From Candidatus Parvarchaeota archaeon (GTDB taxonomy: Archaea > Nanobdellota > Nanobdellia > WJKC01): a stretch of DNA of 62,565 nucleotides. How positions within the stretch are numbered: position 1 is the stretch's first letter; every line of letters begins with the position of its first letter. The stretch is taken from assembly GCA_030615175.1 (NCBI GenBank), contig JAUWZX010000001.1, forward strand, positions 1 through 62,565, given 5' to 3'. The notes under the pieces were generated by a model, which did no database searches, was not told the origin of the DNA, and worked only from the letters and a program-made list of their open reading frames with translations. Below are positions 38,824-49,317 of the stretch, piece by piece. A program made the translations under genes and the position numbers.

Positions 38824-38891
38824 ATATTAATTATATAATAATCCATTCTTTAATACACTTACGAACATGAAATTGTTCTTGCTTGTAATAC

Positions 38892-40115
38892 CTAAATTAA
38901 CTCGCTAACACCGTAAGGCGTGGCGTTCTCTGCATCAATCCTGAACCATGACTGCTTCACGCCGCGCGCGCTGGCGCCGGCATCATCTACTGCATTAAAA
39001 TACAGGTAATCAACAAGCGACTCGCCAGACTTGATTGGAATGTCATTAGCGTAAAGCTCTTCAAGATTAACAACTGACTCCAATCCACTGCCATCCTCAT
39101 TAAATAATTTGCCCTCAAGTCTTTCAAGGAAGCTGGGACCATTAACAGACTCGAGATAATACCCTTTATCAATTAATTCCTCCAAGTTCTCAAGACTCCA
39201 TGCCTTAACTGTCGCGTTATCAATATAGAGTTTCTCATCATCACCAATAATTAAGAGAGCATTACTAACACCAACCAGGAAAGGCATGCCCGCGCTTGGA
39301 GTCAAATCCTCCTCGCCAATAACGCCGGCAAACCCAATCAAAGTAATGGAAGGAACGGCGCTCGCATTATCAGTAACCAAAACTTTCTCATCCTTGTCCT
39401 GAACTGACTCAATGAATGATGAATTACTTGACTCGGATAAAACAGCCCTGCCAATAACAGTACTATTAACTTGCAGGCCGGGAAATGAATAAGTTAAGTT
39501 AGGATGCGGATTCTTAATAAAAATCCTCCTAACCCGTCCATAAGTGTTTAACAGGAAAACAGGATCTTCAAAATCCTCAACAGACATGCTAATATTTTTC
39601 ACAACAATCTTGTCAATCCTCATATCCTGACCCATAACACTAACATTCAAGACGTAGCCAATCCCTATCCTTACATTAAAACTGTCAAGCATGCTGACAT
39701 TAAAAGAAATAAAATTAAAACTCGTATTAAAACCAATATTTCCTCCCTTATAAACCACTTCATCCCTCCAGTGCGTTAAAGTATTCTCCTGCATTAAGTA
39801 CTCTTCCTCACCGTAAAGAGTTCCATTAAAAACTGCCTCCTCAATTCTTAGTTTTGAATCATCCAAGTAATCATTATTTGATATAACATAATTAACACAG
39901 GAAATTAAAGCCCTCTTAGAAGTAATGCTTAATGCCTTTAAAATGTCCCTCTCAAGCGAAGCAGAATACTTCTGCATCTGGTCTGAAAGCACTTTCTTTA
40001 ATGAGACAGTATCAAGACTTGACAAATAATTAGCCCTTGCAGAAATCATTAAGAAAATGGCTGACATCATTATTAATGAAATTGTTGAAAAAAGAATGCC
40101 CTTCCTCAAATCCAC
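38892..40115 (-). CDS. Pilus-associated protein with class III-like signal peptide
   Basis: RKG/ILFS plus hydrophobic helix; EDP, GPSFLERLEG, VDYLYF. Confidence 0.75.
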   Translation of the reverse strand: MDLRKGILFSTISLIMMSAIFLMISARANYLSSLDTVSLKKVLSDQMQKYSASLERDILKALSITSKRALISCVNYVISNNDYLDDSKLRIEEAVFNGTLYGEEEYLMQENTLTHWRDEVVYKGGNIGFNTSFNFISFNVSMLDSFNVRIGIGYVLNVSVMGQDMRIDKIVVKNISMSVEDFEDPVFLLNTYGRVRRIFIKNPHPNLTYSFPGLQVNSTVIGRAVLSESSNSSFIESVQDKDEKVLVTDNASAVPSITLIGFAGVIGEEDLTPSAGMPFLVGVSNALLIIGDDEKLYIDNATVKAWSLENLEELIDKGYYLESVNGPSFLERLEGKLFNEDGSGLESVVNLEELYANDIPIKSGESLVDYLYFNAVDDAGASARGVKQSWFRIDAENATPYGVSELI

Positions 40116-42826
40116 ACCACCATTTTAAAATCAGTAGGACCCCACAGCCATGAAACTTCAGGCACAGACGTTCCCTGCACTTCAATCTCTGATACTACAA
40201 TATCAATAGGATTGCCCTGCTCACCATCATCATCCCCTGCATCATTAATGAAGTTTAATTTATCAAGCAACCTTAAAAACGCATCATCCAAGGCGTCAAC
40301 GCCGGGGTCGAACTCGTCATCAGTATTATTACCAATTAAGACTTGAACAGAACCGTCAGCAACTCCATCCTGGTTAGAATCATACCACACAGTCTTATTA
40401 GAGCCAAGGGACTTGGAGAATACTTCACCATAAGGCACGAAGACATTAAGACTTGTTTCAAAAATAACCTTGCAATCAGGACTCCCTCCAGTCGTGTACG
40501 TTTCATTAATCCCCGTGTCAATGAGTACAGAATTACTACCAGGCGCTAAGAGTTCTGGAGGAATTTGAATCACATAAGGGTCTCCTAACCCCCTGTAATC
40601 AGCATCGTAATCCCATAACTTAAAAACAGGCACTAACTCCCCGGTCTTATTAAAATATAACCTGTCAGTCCAGTAATTAGAAGAATAAGAAATTACTCTG
40701 GCACTTATTGGACTTGAATTTTCAGGAATTAAAAAATAACCCTGTTTCGGGGACTCCACAACGCCTCCAAACCTAGGACCTTCCAATTTTACAGTAATTT
40801 CACCATACTCTGGAGTGAATGCTGTGCGCGTATAATTAATCTTAACATAAGAGTCAGGGTAGAGTATGTTATCCAACCCAACATCCCCCTCTGCCTCTAT
40901 TGTCTGCCCTACATAACTCATATTAGTTATATTCATTCCAATTATTTGATAAAGTGAAGTAAGTTCTGTTAAGTTCGTGACCTCGTAAGCAAGCCCGCCA
41001 CCGCACTCAGCTATCTCCCATAAAGTATCCATATCAGCATCAGCGCCGAACCCGACAGTATAAACAGTAATATTATATAATTCATGAGCATCGCAGGCTG
41101 CTTGTATTGCATCCGTCTTAGCCTTCTTACGATTAAGGTGCCCGTTACACCTGTAATTAGCCTCCCCATCACTCATCACAAGCATTGACCTATGCCTGGT
41201 TTCATTACTTAAAATTAATATATTCGTGGCACTGACAATACCGCAGCATATGCAGGTGCCGCCGCCCAAATCATAAGAATTAATTTCATAATACAAAGAA
41301 GCAGAATCATTGCTTAAATCATGCGTGCTGGCTGTTGTCTCATTATAAGCAACTAGTCCAACCATGTTCCCAGTCGCGTTCAGGACAACATCAATAAACT
41401 CTTTTCCAGCATCCTTTGCAATGTCAAGCTTGGTGTTATTGCAGCAGCAGTCATGATTTCTCGCTGTCTTGGGCCAGCAACTGCCGCACTCAGTGCCACT
41501 GCAAGTCTCGGACTCGCATGTCTTTGAAAAAGGGCAAATCCAATCCTCCTCCTGAAAACCCCAGGAGCAGCAGTCATAACTGCACGCGCAGGTGCAGTCA
41601 GCGCAGTCCTTCATGCTCCCTGAAATGTCTGTTACTAAAATAGAGTCAGCAGTGCCACCAAAACCAGTAAGGAAATAAGAAATATTCTCAGACATGAACC
41701 TCAATGGAATTGTTTTATTGCTTATTTCCGCATAATTCAAACCCTTAAGTTGGATGTACGCGTCGTCAAGAATGACATTAGTCTCGCCCTCTGAAGGCGT
41801 GCTGTAAATTGTTGTGTTGCCAAGCGTTAATGAAACAGTGAAATTACTATTATAATGAAGGTAGACTTCCATTGAATTAACGCTTCCAGGAGCGTAAAAA
41901 GAAGAGTATAAATTAATAACTCCTTTAATTCCAGGGAACCAGTAAGTCTCTGTTAAGTTCTCTTCAGTGCCAGTGACGAGCAGTTCAGATATGTTATAAT
42001 CAACTTTAATGTAACCGCCACTGATGTAAGCCCTGCTTTGATTAAGGAACTCCATATTAATAACGTTCAAGCCCGGCTTAAAGTATGAACTACTAATCTC
42101 CCAATAATCAGCAGACATGTTAGTCTCTGTTTTCTGGTACGTGCCTGAATAATTCCCATTAACGTATAATTTAAAACCACTTCCAATCTCTGCTTCCATG
42201 CTGGAACTTAACACGCCATCCAGGTTAGGAGGCAGGAACAAGTACTTAGATATATTCCCCTCCCCAACATAACCCCCGAAATAAGCATACTCTGAATCAG
42301 TTCTCCATCCCTTTGACAGTGATGCTCTTGAAACATAACCTTTCACCGTCTTATTCAAGGCATAACCAGAAATCAGGGTTTTACTCACAACCATTGTTCT
42401 TAAAAAAGTCTTATTACTCCCTGCCAGAACTGCCTGCTCTGTTCCATTGCCAATAATTAATTCATACCCAACACTGTCAGGCAAGTAATAATCAACTACT
42501 TCCTTAGTAATATTCTCAGCAATAACTGTCTCATTTATGAGGTAGAAGTAACCAATTAAATCAATAATCGTCTTATCTAAATCATCCTCCTTAATAACGC
42601 CTTCATTAAGGTAATAATTAATTGATGACAAATTCCGTGATTCACTGACAGTCATGTATTCAAGCACTGCCAGCACGTCATAAGATAATATATTAAGTTC
42701 ATTATACTCTGTTGAAGGCGTATTCAAAGAATAAGTCAGCAAACTCAAAAGCCATATCCCAATTAATAAGAATCCAATGGATAACATGGCATCCACACTG
42801 AAAAAAGCTCCTTTCCTTACTCCCAT
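40106..42826 (-). CDS. vWA-domain pilus-associated adhesin
   Basis: RKG/AFFSVDA signal; MIDAS DISGS, GGTCICCG, MSDGEAN, VYTVGFG. Confidence 0.85.
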   Translation of the reverse strand: MGVRKGAFFSVDAMLSIGFLLIGIWLLSLLTYSLNTPSTEYNELNILSYDVLAVLEYMTVSESRNLSSINYYLNEGVIKEDDLDKTIIDLIGYFYLINETVIAENITKEVVDYYLPDSVGYELIIGNGTEQAVLAGSNKTFLRTMVVSKTLISGYALNKTVKGYVSRASLSKGWRTDSEYAYFGGYVGEGNISKYLFLPPNLDGVLSSSMEAEIGSGFKLYVNGNYSGTYQKTETNMSADYWEISSSYFKPGLNVINMEFLNQSRAYISGGYIKVDYNISELLVTGTEENLTETYWFPGIKGVINLYSSFYAPGSVNSMEVYLHYNSNFTVSLTLGNTTIYSTPSEGETNVILDDAYIQLKGLNYAEISNKTIPLRFMSENISYFLTGFGGTADSILVTDISGSMKDCADCTCACSYDCCSWGFQEEDWICPFSKTCESETCSGTECGSCWPKTARNHDCCCNNTKLDIAKDAGKEFIDVVLNATGNMVGLVAYNETTASTHDLSNDSASLYYEINSYDLGGGTCICCGIVSATNILILSNETRHRSMLVMSDGEANYRCNGHLNRKKAKTDAIQAACDAHELYNITVYTVGFGADADMDTLWEIAECGGGLAYEVTNLTELTSLYQIIGMNITNMSYVGQTIEAEGDVGLDNILYPDSYVKINYTRTAFTPEYGEITVKLEGPRFGGVVESPKQGYFLIPENSSPISARVISYSSNYWTDRLYFNKTGELVPVFKLWDYDADYRGLGDPYVIQIPPELLAPGSNSVLIDTGINETYTTGGSPDCKVIFETSLNVFVPYGEVFSKSLGSNKTVWYDSNQDGVADGSVQVLIGNNTDDEFDPGVDALDDAFLRLLDKLNFINDAGDDDGEQGNPIDIVVSEIEVQGTSVPEVSWLWGPTDFKMVVWI

Positions 42827-43260
42827 AAAATCACTGTTAGCATAACAGGCTTCCCGTCCAATAAGACAAACCTTTTAACAGGCATTACCTTGCCTGAATT
42901 TGAATAATTACCGCACTTAGTATCTGAAAACAAGACAATCTCATCTAAGTCCCTGACTTCAAGATAAAAATTATAATTAATGTCAAAAAATTCCTTAAAC
43001 TCTAAGCAGCTAATACTGCTTAACTGATTTAACTTCTCCTGAGATATCCTGTTATTGCTGACTGCCAAGCCAAGACCTTCCTGACTCTTAATTAGTAAGT
43101 CAGATAAGAGAACAACTGTCTCTCTCATATCCATTACTATCTCTGTTTCCTGGAACTGGTTGCTCGAGTAATTCCACAAAAAAGAAGTCAGTATTAAAAG
43201 AGGCGTGAAAATCATAAGACTTATCATGAAGTCAATTGAAAACATCTGCGCTTTACTCAA
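42817..43260 (-). CDS. Minor pilin-like protein
   Basis: MSKAQ/MFSIDF class III signal. Confidence 0.8.
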   Translation of the reverse strand: MSKAQMFSIDFMISLMIFTPLLILTSFLWNYSSNQFQETEIVMDMRETVVLLSDLLIKSQEGLGLAVSNNRISQEKLNQLSSISCLEFKEFFDINYNFYLEVRDLDEIVLFSDTKCGNYSNSGKVMPVKRFVLLDGKPVMLTVILWE

Positions 43261-43651
43261 TCCTTATCACCCCATTAATATTCCTGATTATATTAGCTCC
43301 TTTTTTAAAAGAGCCAGTAATATCTTCAGTGAATAACGGTGCTTCATAAACACTCCCCTCCTGCTCTGCCTGAACACTTCCATTCTGGATTGTTAAATTA
43401 TAATCCCTATTATTAACGTAATGAGGAACTGAAAGCTTAATGGAGTACCCGTCACCTTCCAGGCAGGCAATATTAATAATGCTTGACACTTCTTTTGCAA
43501 CCTTTTTAATCTCTAAAAAGGAATTATGCGCTTCTATATCACTCCTGTGGCTTACCATTAGTACTGAGAAAACACCGAATACAAGCAAGGCAAAACTAAG
43601 CACGCCCATGAATTCAATAGATGCCTGTGACTTACGGCAAGATGTCAACAT
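43253..43651 (-). CDS. Minor pilin-like protein
   Basis: RKSQ/ASIEF class III signal; GDGYS. Confidence 0.8.
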   Translation of the reverse strand: MLTSCRKSQASIEFMGVLSFALLVFGVFSVLMVSHRSDIEAHNSFLEIKKVAKEVSSIINIACLEGDGYSIKLSVPHYVNNRDYNLTIQNGSVQAEQEGSVYEAPLFTEDITGSFKKGANIIRNINGVIRIE

Positions 43652-44024
43652 AACCGCCTTCTGATTTAATAGTTATGTAATGATAACCTTCTGTTATCGG
43701 CAAATCCCCTGCCAAGTCAGCAATTGATTCAGAATAAATATTATTACCCAATAAAGTGATAGACACTTTATTCCCATTAACAGAAACTGAATCAATTCCT
43801 TTTGGAAAATAAATTTTTAAACGAACTTTTGCAGGAATTCCCTGCACGTGAACAAAATCAGCCGCGTCAGTTATCCTATTAACAGCAGTTCTTGCATACT
43901 CAGTCTTAAAACTGAACTCAATATCACTTGAATATAATGAAATGTAAATCCAGAAAGGAGTTAATAGGAGAACAACTAAGCCAACAACCATTAAGTATTC
44001 AAGCGCTACTTGTGCCTTAGCCAT
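43632..44024 (-). CDS. Minor pilin-like protein
   Basis: MAKAQ/VALEYL class III signal. Confidence 0.82.
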   Translation of the reverse strand: MAKAQVALEYLMVVGLVVLLLTPFWIYISLYSSDIEFSFKTEYARTAVNRITDAADFVHVQGIPAKVRLKIYFPKGIDSVSVNGNKVSITLLGNNIYSESIADLAGDLPITEGYHYITIKSEGGYVDILP

Positions 44025-44084
44025 ATTACTTGTTTAATTCCTTTTAAGATAAATATTTATACCCAAAGCATCTTTTATGTATTT

Positions 44085-44624
44085 ATGGCTTTATTCGGTA
44101 AAAAGAAGAAGGAAGAACCAGCAGAGCTTGGTTTTGGATTCCCTGCAGGGAGCAAGGAAAAGGAAAACCTTGGAACTGGATTACCTCCACCACCAGAGGC
44201 TAAGCCGCCTGAAGAAAGGATGGAGGCCTCACGCGTAATGCCTGCACCAACACCAGAAGTCCCGCGCGCGCTTATACCAAAACCAATAACGGCTCCGAAA
44301 CCAATTACGCTGGCAGCAACGCCTGCAATTGAGCCTAAACCAATAATCCCCAGAACAATGCCTGAAGAATTAATTGCTCCGAGAACTCCTGAAATCACAA
44401 CGCTCAGACCTCACGTTTTCCTAAAAATTGACAAGTACAAAGAAGTGATGAGCAGTATTGACAGGATTTCAAGCCAGTTAAAAGACTTAAAGAGAGGTTT
44501 AGAGAACTTGAAGGACTTGGAGGAAAAAGAATCATTAAAGATTAAGGACAGCGAGACAATACTTAATGAATTGGACTCAATAGCTAAGCGTTTTGACAAA
44601 ATCTTCACAAACCCTGCAAAATAA
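44085..44624 (+). CDS. Pro-rich protein with C-terminal coiled coil
   Basis: ATG 44085 (MALFGKKKK); PKPI repeats; PHVFLKIDKYKEV followed by heptads. Confidence 0.75.
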   Translation: MALFGKKKKEEPAELGFGFPAGSKEKENLGTGLPPPPEAKPPEERMEASRVMPAPTPEVPRALIPKPITAPKPITLAATPAIEPKPIIPRTMPEELIAPRTPEITTLRPHVFLKIDKYKEVMSSIDRISSQLKDLKRGLENLKDLEEKESLKIKDSETILNELDSIAKRFDKIFTNPAK

Positions 44625-45453
44625 GCAGGTAAAATACTATGTTCAGTGAAATGAGCAGAGAGTTAAGGCAAGTCATATACTTATTAATTTTAAGAACTGA
44701 GTCGCGCAGTTTAAGCTTCTTAACCACGTAAAGGAATGCAAAGTATATTGGTACAACCGTGAATACAATGTAGAAAATTAATTCAGTGAATAATAACAAA
44801 GTAATGAGTGCTGCTGGAACAATCATTAATACTCTGCCAGCAATAATCTCCCTTCTATCAATCTTAAACTTGCCCTTGTAATGGTCGCTGTACAATGTTA
44901 TTTGCAGAATTGAGTAAAGATAAAGGCTTGCTGGAATCATGAAGTAAATTATTGGATGATTAATCTCACCTGCATTAACACTCCATCCGGCAAGAAGTTT
45001 CAAGTACTGCAGCCCAGCTAATATTAATGCTGCCCTGGCAGTGCTCTTCTTAACCTTAAAGAATGGGTGGCTGTAAACAATGTTGCCTAAAACTAAGAGG
45101 GAGATGCATAAAGCGCTTAATGGATTAATAAGTATTAATGATGCCAAGAACCCCATAATAATAATTACTCCACACAGGATTAATGCATGAGAAGGATTAA
45201 TCCTGCCGCTTGGTATCGGCCTGTGCTTCTTAATTGGATGCTTCTTATCGTACTGGCAGTCAAATAAGTCATTAATCACGTAAACACATGAGTAAACGCT
45301 TACGAAAACAATGATGCCGGTCACTGCCTTGAATAAATTAAACTCAAGATAGTAAAAAACTGAAATAAAGTATCCAAGCATGAAGTAAAAAGCATTTTTC
45401 TGAGCATGCACTTTCAGCCTTGCTGATTCAATGAATAACTTAATAAAACTCAT
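44605..45453 (-). CDS. UbiA-family prenyltransferase
   Basis: YVINDLFD..YDKKHP.KK.RPIPSG, YS, multiple TM. Confidence 0.88.
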   Translation of the reverse strand: MSFIKLFIESARLKVHAQKNAFYFMLGYFISVFYYLEFNLFKAVTGIIVFVSVYSCVYVINDLFDCQYDKKHPIKKHRPIPSGRINPSHALILCGVIIIMGFLASLILINPLSALCISLLVLGNIVYSHPFFKVKKSTARAALILAGLQYLKLLAGWSVNAGEINHPIIYFMIPASLYLYSILQITLYSDHYKGKFKIDRREIIAGRVLMIVPAALITLLLFTELIFYIVFTVVPIYFAFLYVVKKLKLRDSVLKINKYMTCLNSLLISLNIVFYLLILQGL

Positions 45454-45486
45454 TTAAAAAGAAAAACAATTAATAACTTAAAAAAC

Positions 45487-48400
45487 TTACTCAGGCAGTT
45501 TTATTGAAACAACGCTTGACAAGCCGTCAGGATTCATTGATACACCAAACAAGTAGTTAGCATTGGATATCATATTATCATTATGAGTTACGACTATGAA
45601 TTGAGCATTACCTGAATAATTCCTTAACAATTCTGAAAGAGTTTCACTGTTCAATTTGTCAAGCGCTGCATCAACCTCATCCATAATGTAGAACGGTGCT
45701 GGCTCGTACTCCTGTATTGCAAAAATAAATGCTAATGCAGTGATCGTCTTCTCGCCTCCACTCATTGACTTAAGAGTTAATATCCTCTTGCCTTTAGGTC
45801 TTGCAATTATTTCAATGCCTTCATCAAAAGGGTTTTCAGGATTGCTTAAGTACATTTTTGCCACGCCTCCAGGGCTTAAAGTACTGAATACCTCGCTGAA
45901 ATTCTTTACAACATGATTAAAAGTCTGAAGAAACGCATGCTTCTTCTTTGACTCGATTTCATTAATTATGTTAATCACTTCCTGCTTCTCGCTTACGAGT
46001 TTGTCAGATTTGCCTTTAACTTTATCATAATTCTTCTTAGCTTCATTAAAAGCGTCTAAAGCTTTAAGATTAACATTGCCGAAGCCTGCAATCTTTATTT
46101 CAAGATTCCTAATGCCTGCTTCAATCTCAGGCACAGGCTTTTTTAATAACCTGGTTTGAATGCCTCTGAATTCTGCAAAAACTGTTTGCAATCCTTCAAT
46201 TTTTGCAACAACTCCTGCAAGCCTTATCCTGTCCTCTTGAGTGCGCTCTCTTAACTTGTAAATCTTATCCTTTAACTTTGCCTCTTCACTCTCTAATTTA
46301 TTAATTAATTTCTCAGCCCTCTCGCGTTTGGCATAGAAGTCTTTTAATTTACTGTAAAACCTTGACTCTTCAGCCTGCTTCGCCTTCAAGTCCTTTAATG
46401 CCTGGCTTAGTGAATTCCTTGAATTAATTAATTCTTCATTAAACTCCTTTTTCTCCCTGCCCAAGTTTAATAATATTTTCTTTAACTTGCTTGACTCCTT
46501 AATTAATAAGTTATTTAATTCTGATTCAATAGTATTCTTCTCAATCAAGAAATTATTAATCTTGTCTGTTAAATCATTAATTAATTCCTTCACTGAATTA
46601 AGTCTTTGCTTGTCAAATTTTACTTCAGTTCTTGGCTTTAATTCATCCCTCTTATGCTCCAATTCCTTTATCTCATTTAGTATTAAATCGTAATTAACGC
46701 TTGCCTTGATTTTAGGCTTTAATTCTTCAAGTTTATTTTTTAATTCATTAATTACTGAATCCTGCCCTGCCCGCTCCTCTCTCTGCTTCATTAATTCCTC
46801 TCTTAACTGCGTTACTGCTCGTTTAAGTTCTTTTAAGTAACGCTCATACTTCTTTTTCTTAAATGTCAATGAATCAATTGATTCATCAACTCCCTGCTCA
46901 ATGAATGAAACTCTGCCAGGACTTCTATAACCACCAGTCATTAAACCTGAACGCTCAATTAAATCACCTTTCAAAGTAACCATTCTTACTGTTCCCGCTC
47001 CAATATTCCTCGCTGATTCAATGTCATGCACGACTAATGTATTGCCTAATGCGAGTTCAAATGCTGGTCTGTATTTTTCATCAAAATTAATTAAATTAAT
47101 TGCGAAGTCAATGACTCCGGACTTCCTCCTCAATCCTTTAATTGAATCATTAATTCGTGAACCCTTAACCTTGTTTAATGGCATGAATGACGCAACCCCT
47201 AACTTATTATTCCTTAAGTAATTAATGCATTGCTCTGCAATTAAGTCATCACTCGTAATGATTGAGGATAACTTGCCGCCTGCTGCAACGCTTAAGGCAT
47301 TAGCATATCTCTTGTCAACAATGCCTAACTCGCTTAAAGTTCCATTAACTCCTCTAATCCTGTCCCTTGCTTTCAGCACTTCGCGAACGCCCTTATTAAA
47401 GTAATTAATGCCTGCCTGCTTCCTTGCCTCAAGTTTTAATAATTCAATGTTTAAATTGTTAAGAAACTTCATTACTTCTTCTAACTTGCTGCCTGCTTCT
47501 CCCTGCCTGCCCTTTAATTCATTAATTTCATTATTAATCTTCTTTAATTTATTCTCAGCGCTTACCTGTCTTGAATATAGCCTATCGTATTCCTTCATTT
47601 TCTCGCGCGAATCATTAACTGATAATAACTTGCTTTTACTCTCAAGCAATTCCTCCTTAACTTCCTGTAATTCTCTCTTAATTCTTAAGTAATCAACTTC
47701 ATCGCTTAAGTCGTATGATTTCTTTAACTTGCTTAATTCATCATTCTTTAACTTAATTAGCGAGGATAATTCTTTAAGCCTTAATCCCTGCTTGTTTATT
47801 TTATTATCAACATCGCTTAATTCCTTTTGAACACCTATGCTCCTGTCATTAATGCGCTTAATCTCTGCTTCATAATTATTTATTTGATTCCCAAGTATTA
47901 TTTTCTTCTCCTTCAGTGATTCAAGTTCCCTTACAAGCCTGACCTGCTCTGCCTGCCCGCGCTGCTCGACTTCTGACTTAATGCCTTCAAGTTCTTCATT
48001 CTTTTTTAATGCTTTATCATTTAATTCCCTGATTCGCTTCTCGTATTCTTCAACATGCTTGTTTGCTGAGTTAAATCTTGATTCAATCCCCTGCTTCCTT
48101 GTCTTCTGCAAGTAAATCTTCTTAAATAAGAGGTTGGCTTTTCTCTCTTTTAGTTCATCTTTTAGTTTTAAGTACTTCTCTGCCTGTCTTTTCTCATTTA
48201 TTAATTCCTTTAGGAATCGCTCTCTTTCTGACAGCACTGCATTTGCTTCTTTTAATTTATTCTCAACTTTTCCTAATTCAAGCATTGACTTATGCTTCTT
48301 ATTCTCGTATATTGATATGCCTGATATCTCCTCTATTATTGACCTTCTCTGCTCCGGACTTAAGTCAACGAATTTCTGTATGTCTCCCTGCAGTATGATG

Positions 48401-48819
48401 TTGTAGCCGTCAGGGTTAAGGTTCGCCCTTGCTAACGCGTTTAGTATTTCCTGCCTTTTAACAACCCCTTCATTTATTTTATAAATACTCTTGCCATCCC
48501 TTCTTACTATCCTCGTTATTGATAATTCATCGCCAGCGTAAGGAAATACTTTTTTAGTGTTATCAAGTATTACTGTAACGCTGCAACTCTTAGCCGGCTT
48601 GCCTTTCTTGCCTCCATTATATATTAAGTCATTTAGTTTCTCAGCCCTCATGCTCTTCTTACTAATTTTTCCCAGAACAAAACATAACCCGTCTATTACA
48701 TTTGATTTGCCAGTTCCATTCTCCCCTACCAGCATTACTAAACCTTTAGGAAAACTAAAAGTAGTCTTATGAGCAAATGACTTAAAGCCATGCATCACTA
48801 ATGACTTGATATAAGTCAT
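45487..48819 (-). CDS. smc: Chromosome segregation protein SMC
   Basis: GFKSF, GENGTGKSN, hinge (VTLKGD...G.MTGG), MSGGEK, DEVDAALD. Confidence 0.96.
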   Translation of the reverse strand: MTYIKSLVMHGFKSFAHKTTFSFPKGLVMLVGENGTGKSNVIDGLCFVLGKISKKSMRAEKLNDLIYNGGKKGKPAKSCSVTVILDNTKKVFPYAGDELSITRIVRRDGKSIYKINEGVVKRQEILNALARANLNPDGYNIILQGDIQKFVDLSPEQRRSIIEEISGISIYENKKHKSMLELGKVENKLKEANAVLSERERFLKELINEKRQAEKYLKLKDELKERKANLLFKKIYLQKTRKQGIESRFNSANKHVEEYEKRIRELNDKALKKNEELEGIKSEVEQRGQAEQVRLVRELESLKEKKIILGNQINNYEAEIKRINDRSIGVQKELSDVDNKINKQGLRLKELSSLIKLKNDELSKLKKSYDLSDEVDYLRIKRELQEVKEELLESKSKLLSVNDSREKMKEYDRLYSRQVSAENKLKKINNEINELKGRQGEAGSKLEEVMKFLNNLNIELLKLEARKQAGINYFNKGVREVLKARDRIRGVNGTLSELGIVDKRYANALSVAAGGKLSSIITSDDLIAEQCINYLRNNKLGVASFMPLNKVKGSRINDSIKGLRRKSGVIDFAINLINFDEKYRPAFELALGNTLVVHDIESARNIGAGTVRMVTLKGDLIERSGLMTGGYRSPGRVSFIEQGVDESIDSLTFKKKKYERYLKELKRAVTQLREELMKQREERAGQDSVINELKNKLEELKPKIKASVNYDLILNEIKELEHKRDELKPRTEVKFDKQRLNSVKELINDLTDKINNFLIEKNTIESELNNLLIKESSKLKKILLNLGREKKEFNEELINSRNSLSQALKDLKAKQAEESRFYSKLKDFYAKRERAEKLINKLESEEAKLKDKIYKLRERTQEDRIRLAGVVAKIEGLQTVFAEFRGIQTRLLKKPVPEIEAGIRNLEIKIAGFGNVNLKALDAFNEAKKNYDKVKGKSDKLVSEKQEVINIINEIESKKKHAFLQTFNHVVKNFSEVFSTLSPGGVAKMYLSNPENPFDEGIEIIARPKGKRILTLKSMSGGEKTITALAFIFAIQEYEPAPFYIMDEVDAALDKLNSETLSELLRNYSGNAQFIVVTHNDNMISNANYLFGVSMNPDGLSSVVSIKLPE

Positions 48820-48858
48820 AAATAATTTCAGTAAAACGTATTTAATAAATCTATTGCA

Positions 48859-49293
48859 CTATAGAACTTTTGGAATAAACATTTTCGTCGTCTTCATGCT
48901 TTTAGCATAATCCGGCAATTTCTTGATTAATATGTTATCCTCGACTGAAGCTCTTAAGTAAAGGTATGGGAATACGAGGATTCCTGTGTATAATAAAAAG
49001 GCCAGCGAATTAATTGATAATACAACGCCTAAGTGAATTATTAGTATGCTTAAGTATACCGGGTGACGTATGTACTTATATAAACCGTCCTTAATGAACG
49101 AGTTCTCCTGCCGTTTCTGCGAGCCCCATAAGCCGGTTTGAACACCAATGTGATAAGCATAAATTACTGCGCCAGTAATTATTAACGGGAGTCCAGTAAT
49201 TATTATTGTATTAAAAGTCATTATGAAAATAAGCACTGACAGGACTAATACTAACTTAACTGAGTTCAATGATGAGTGTATCTCGTCAAACAT
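48859..49293 (-). CDS. Isoprenylcysteine/phospholipid methyltransferase-family protein
   Basis: GLYKYIRHPVY, ED..L, Y..SM..T.MFIP. Confidence 0.82.
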   Translation of the reverse strand: MFDEIHSSLNSVKLVLVLSVLIFIMTFNTIIITGLPLIITGAVIYAYHIGVQTGLWGSQKRQENSFIKDGLYKYIRHPVYLSILIIHLGVVLSINSLAFLLYTGILVFPYLYLRASVEDNILIKKLPDYAKSMKTTKMFIPKVL

Positions 49294-49317
49294 TGATTAA
49301 GAATTATATACGCTCAC

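Noticed and set aside
38863..38878. GAACA-N6-TGTTC inverted repeat upstream of the pilus ATPase operon
   Set aside because: Only 5-bp arms; expected by chance and not clearly repeated elsewhere
8613..44624. Frequent tail-to-tail overlaps of convergent genes as antisense regulation
   Set aside because: Overlaps of 4-62 bp are adequately explained by genome compaction
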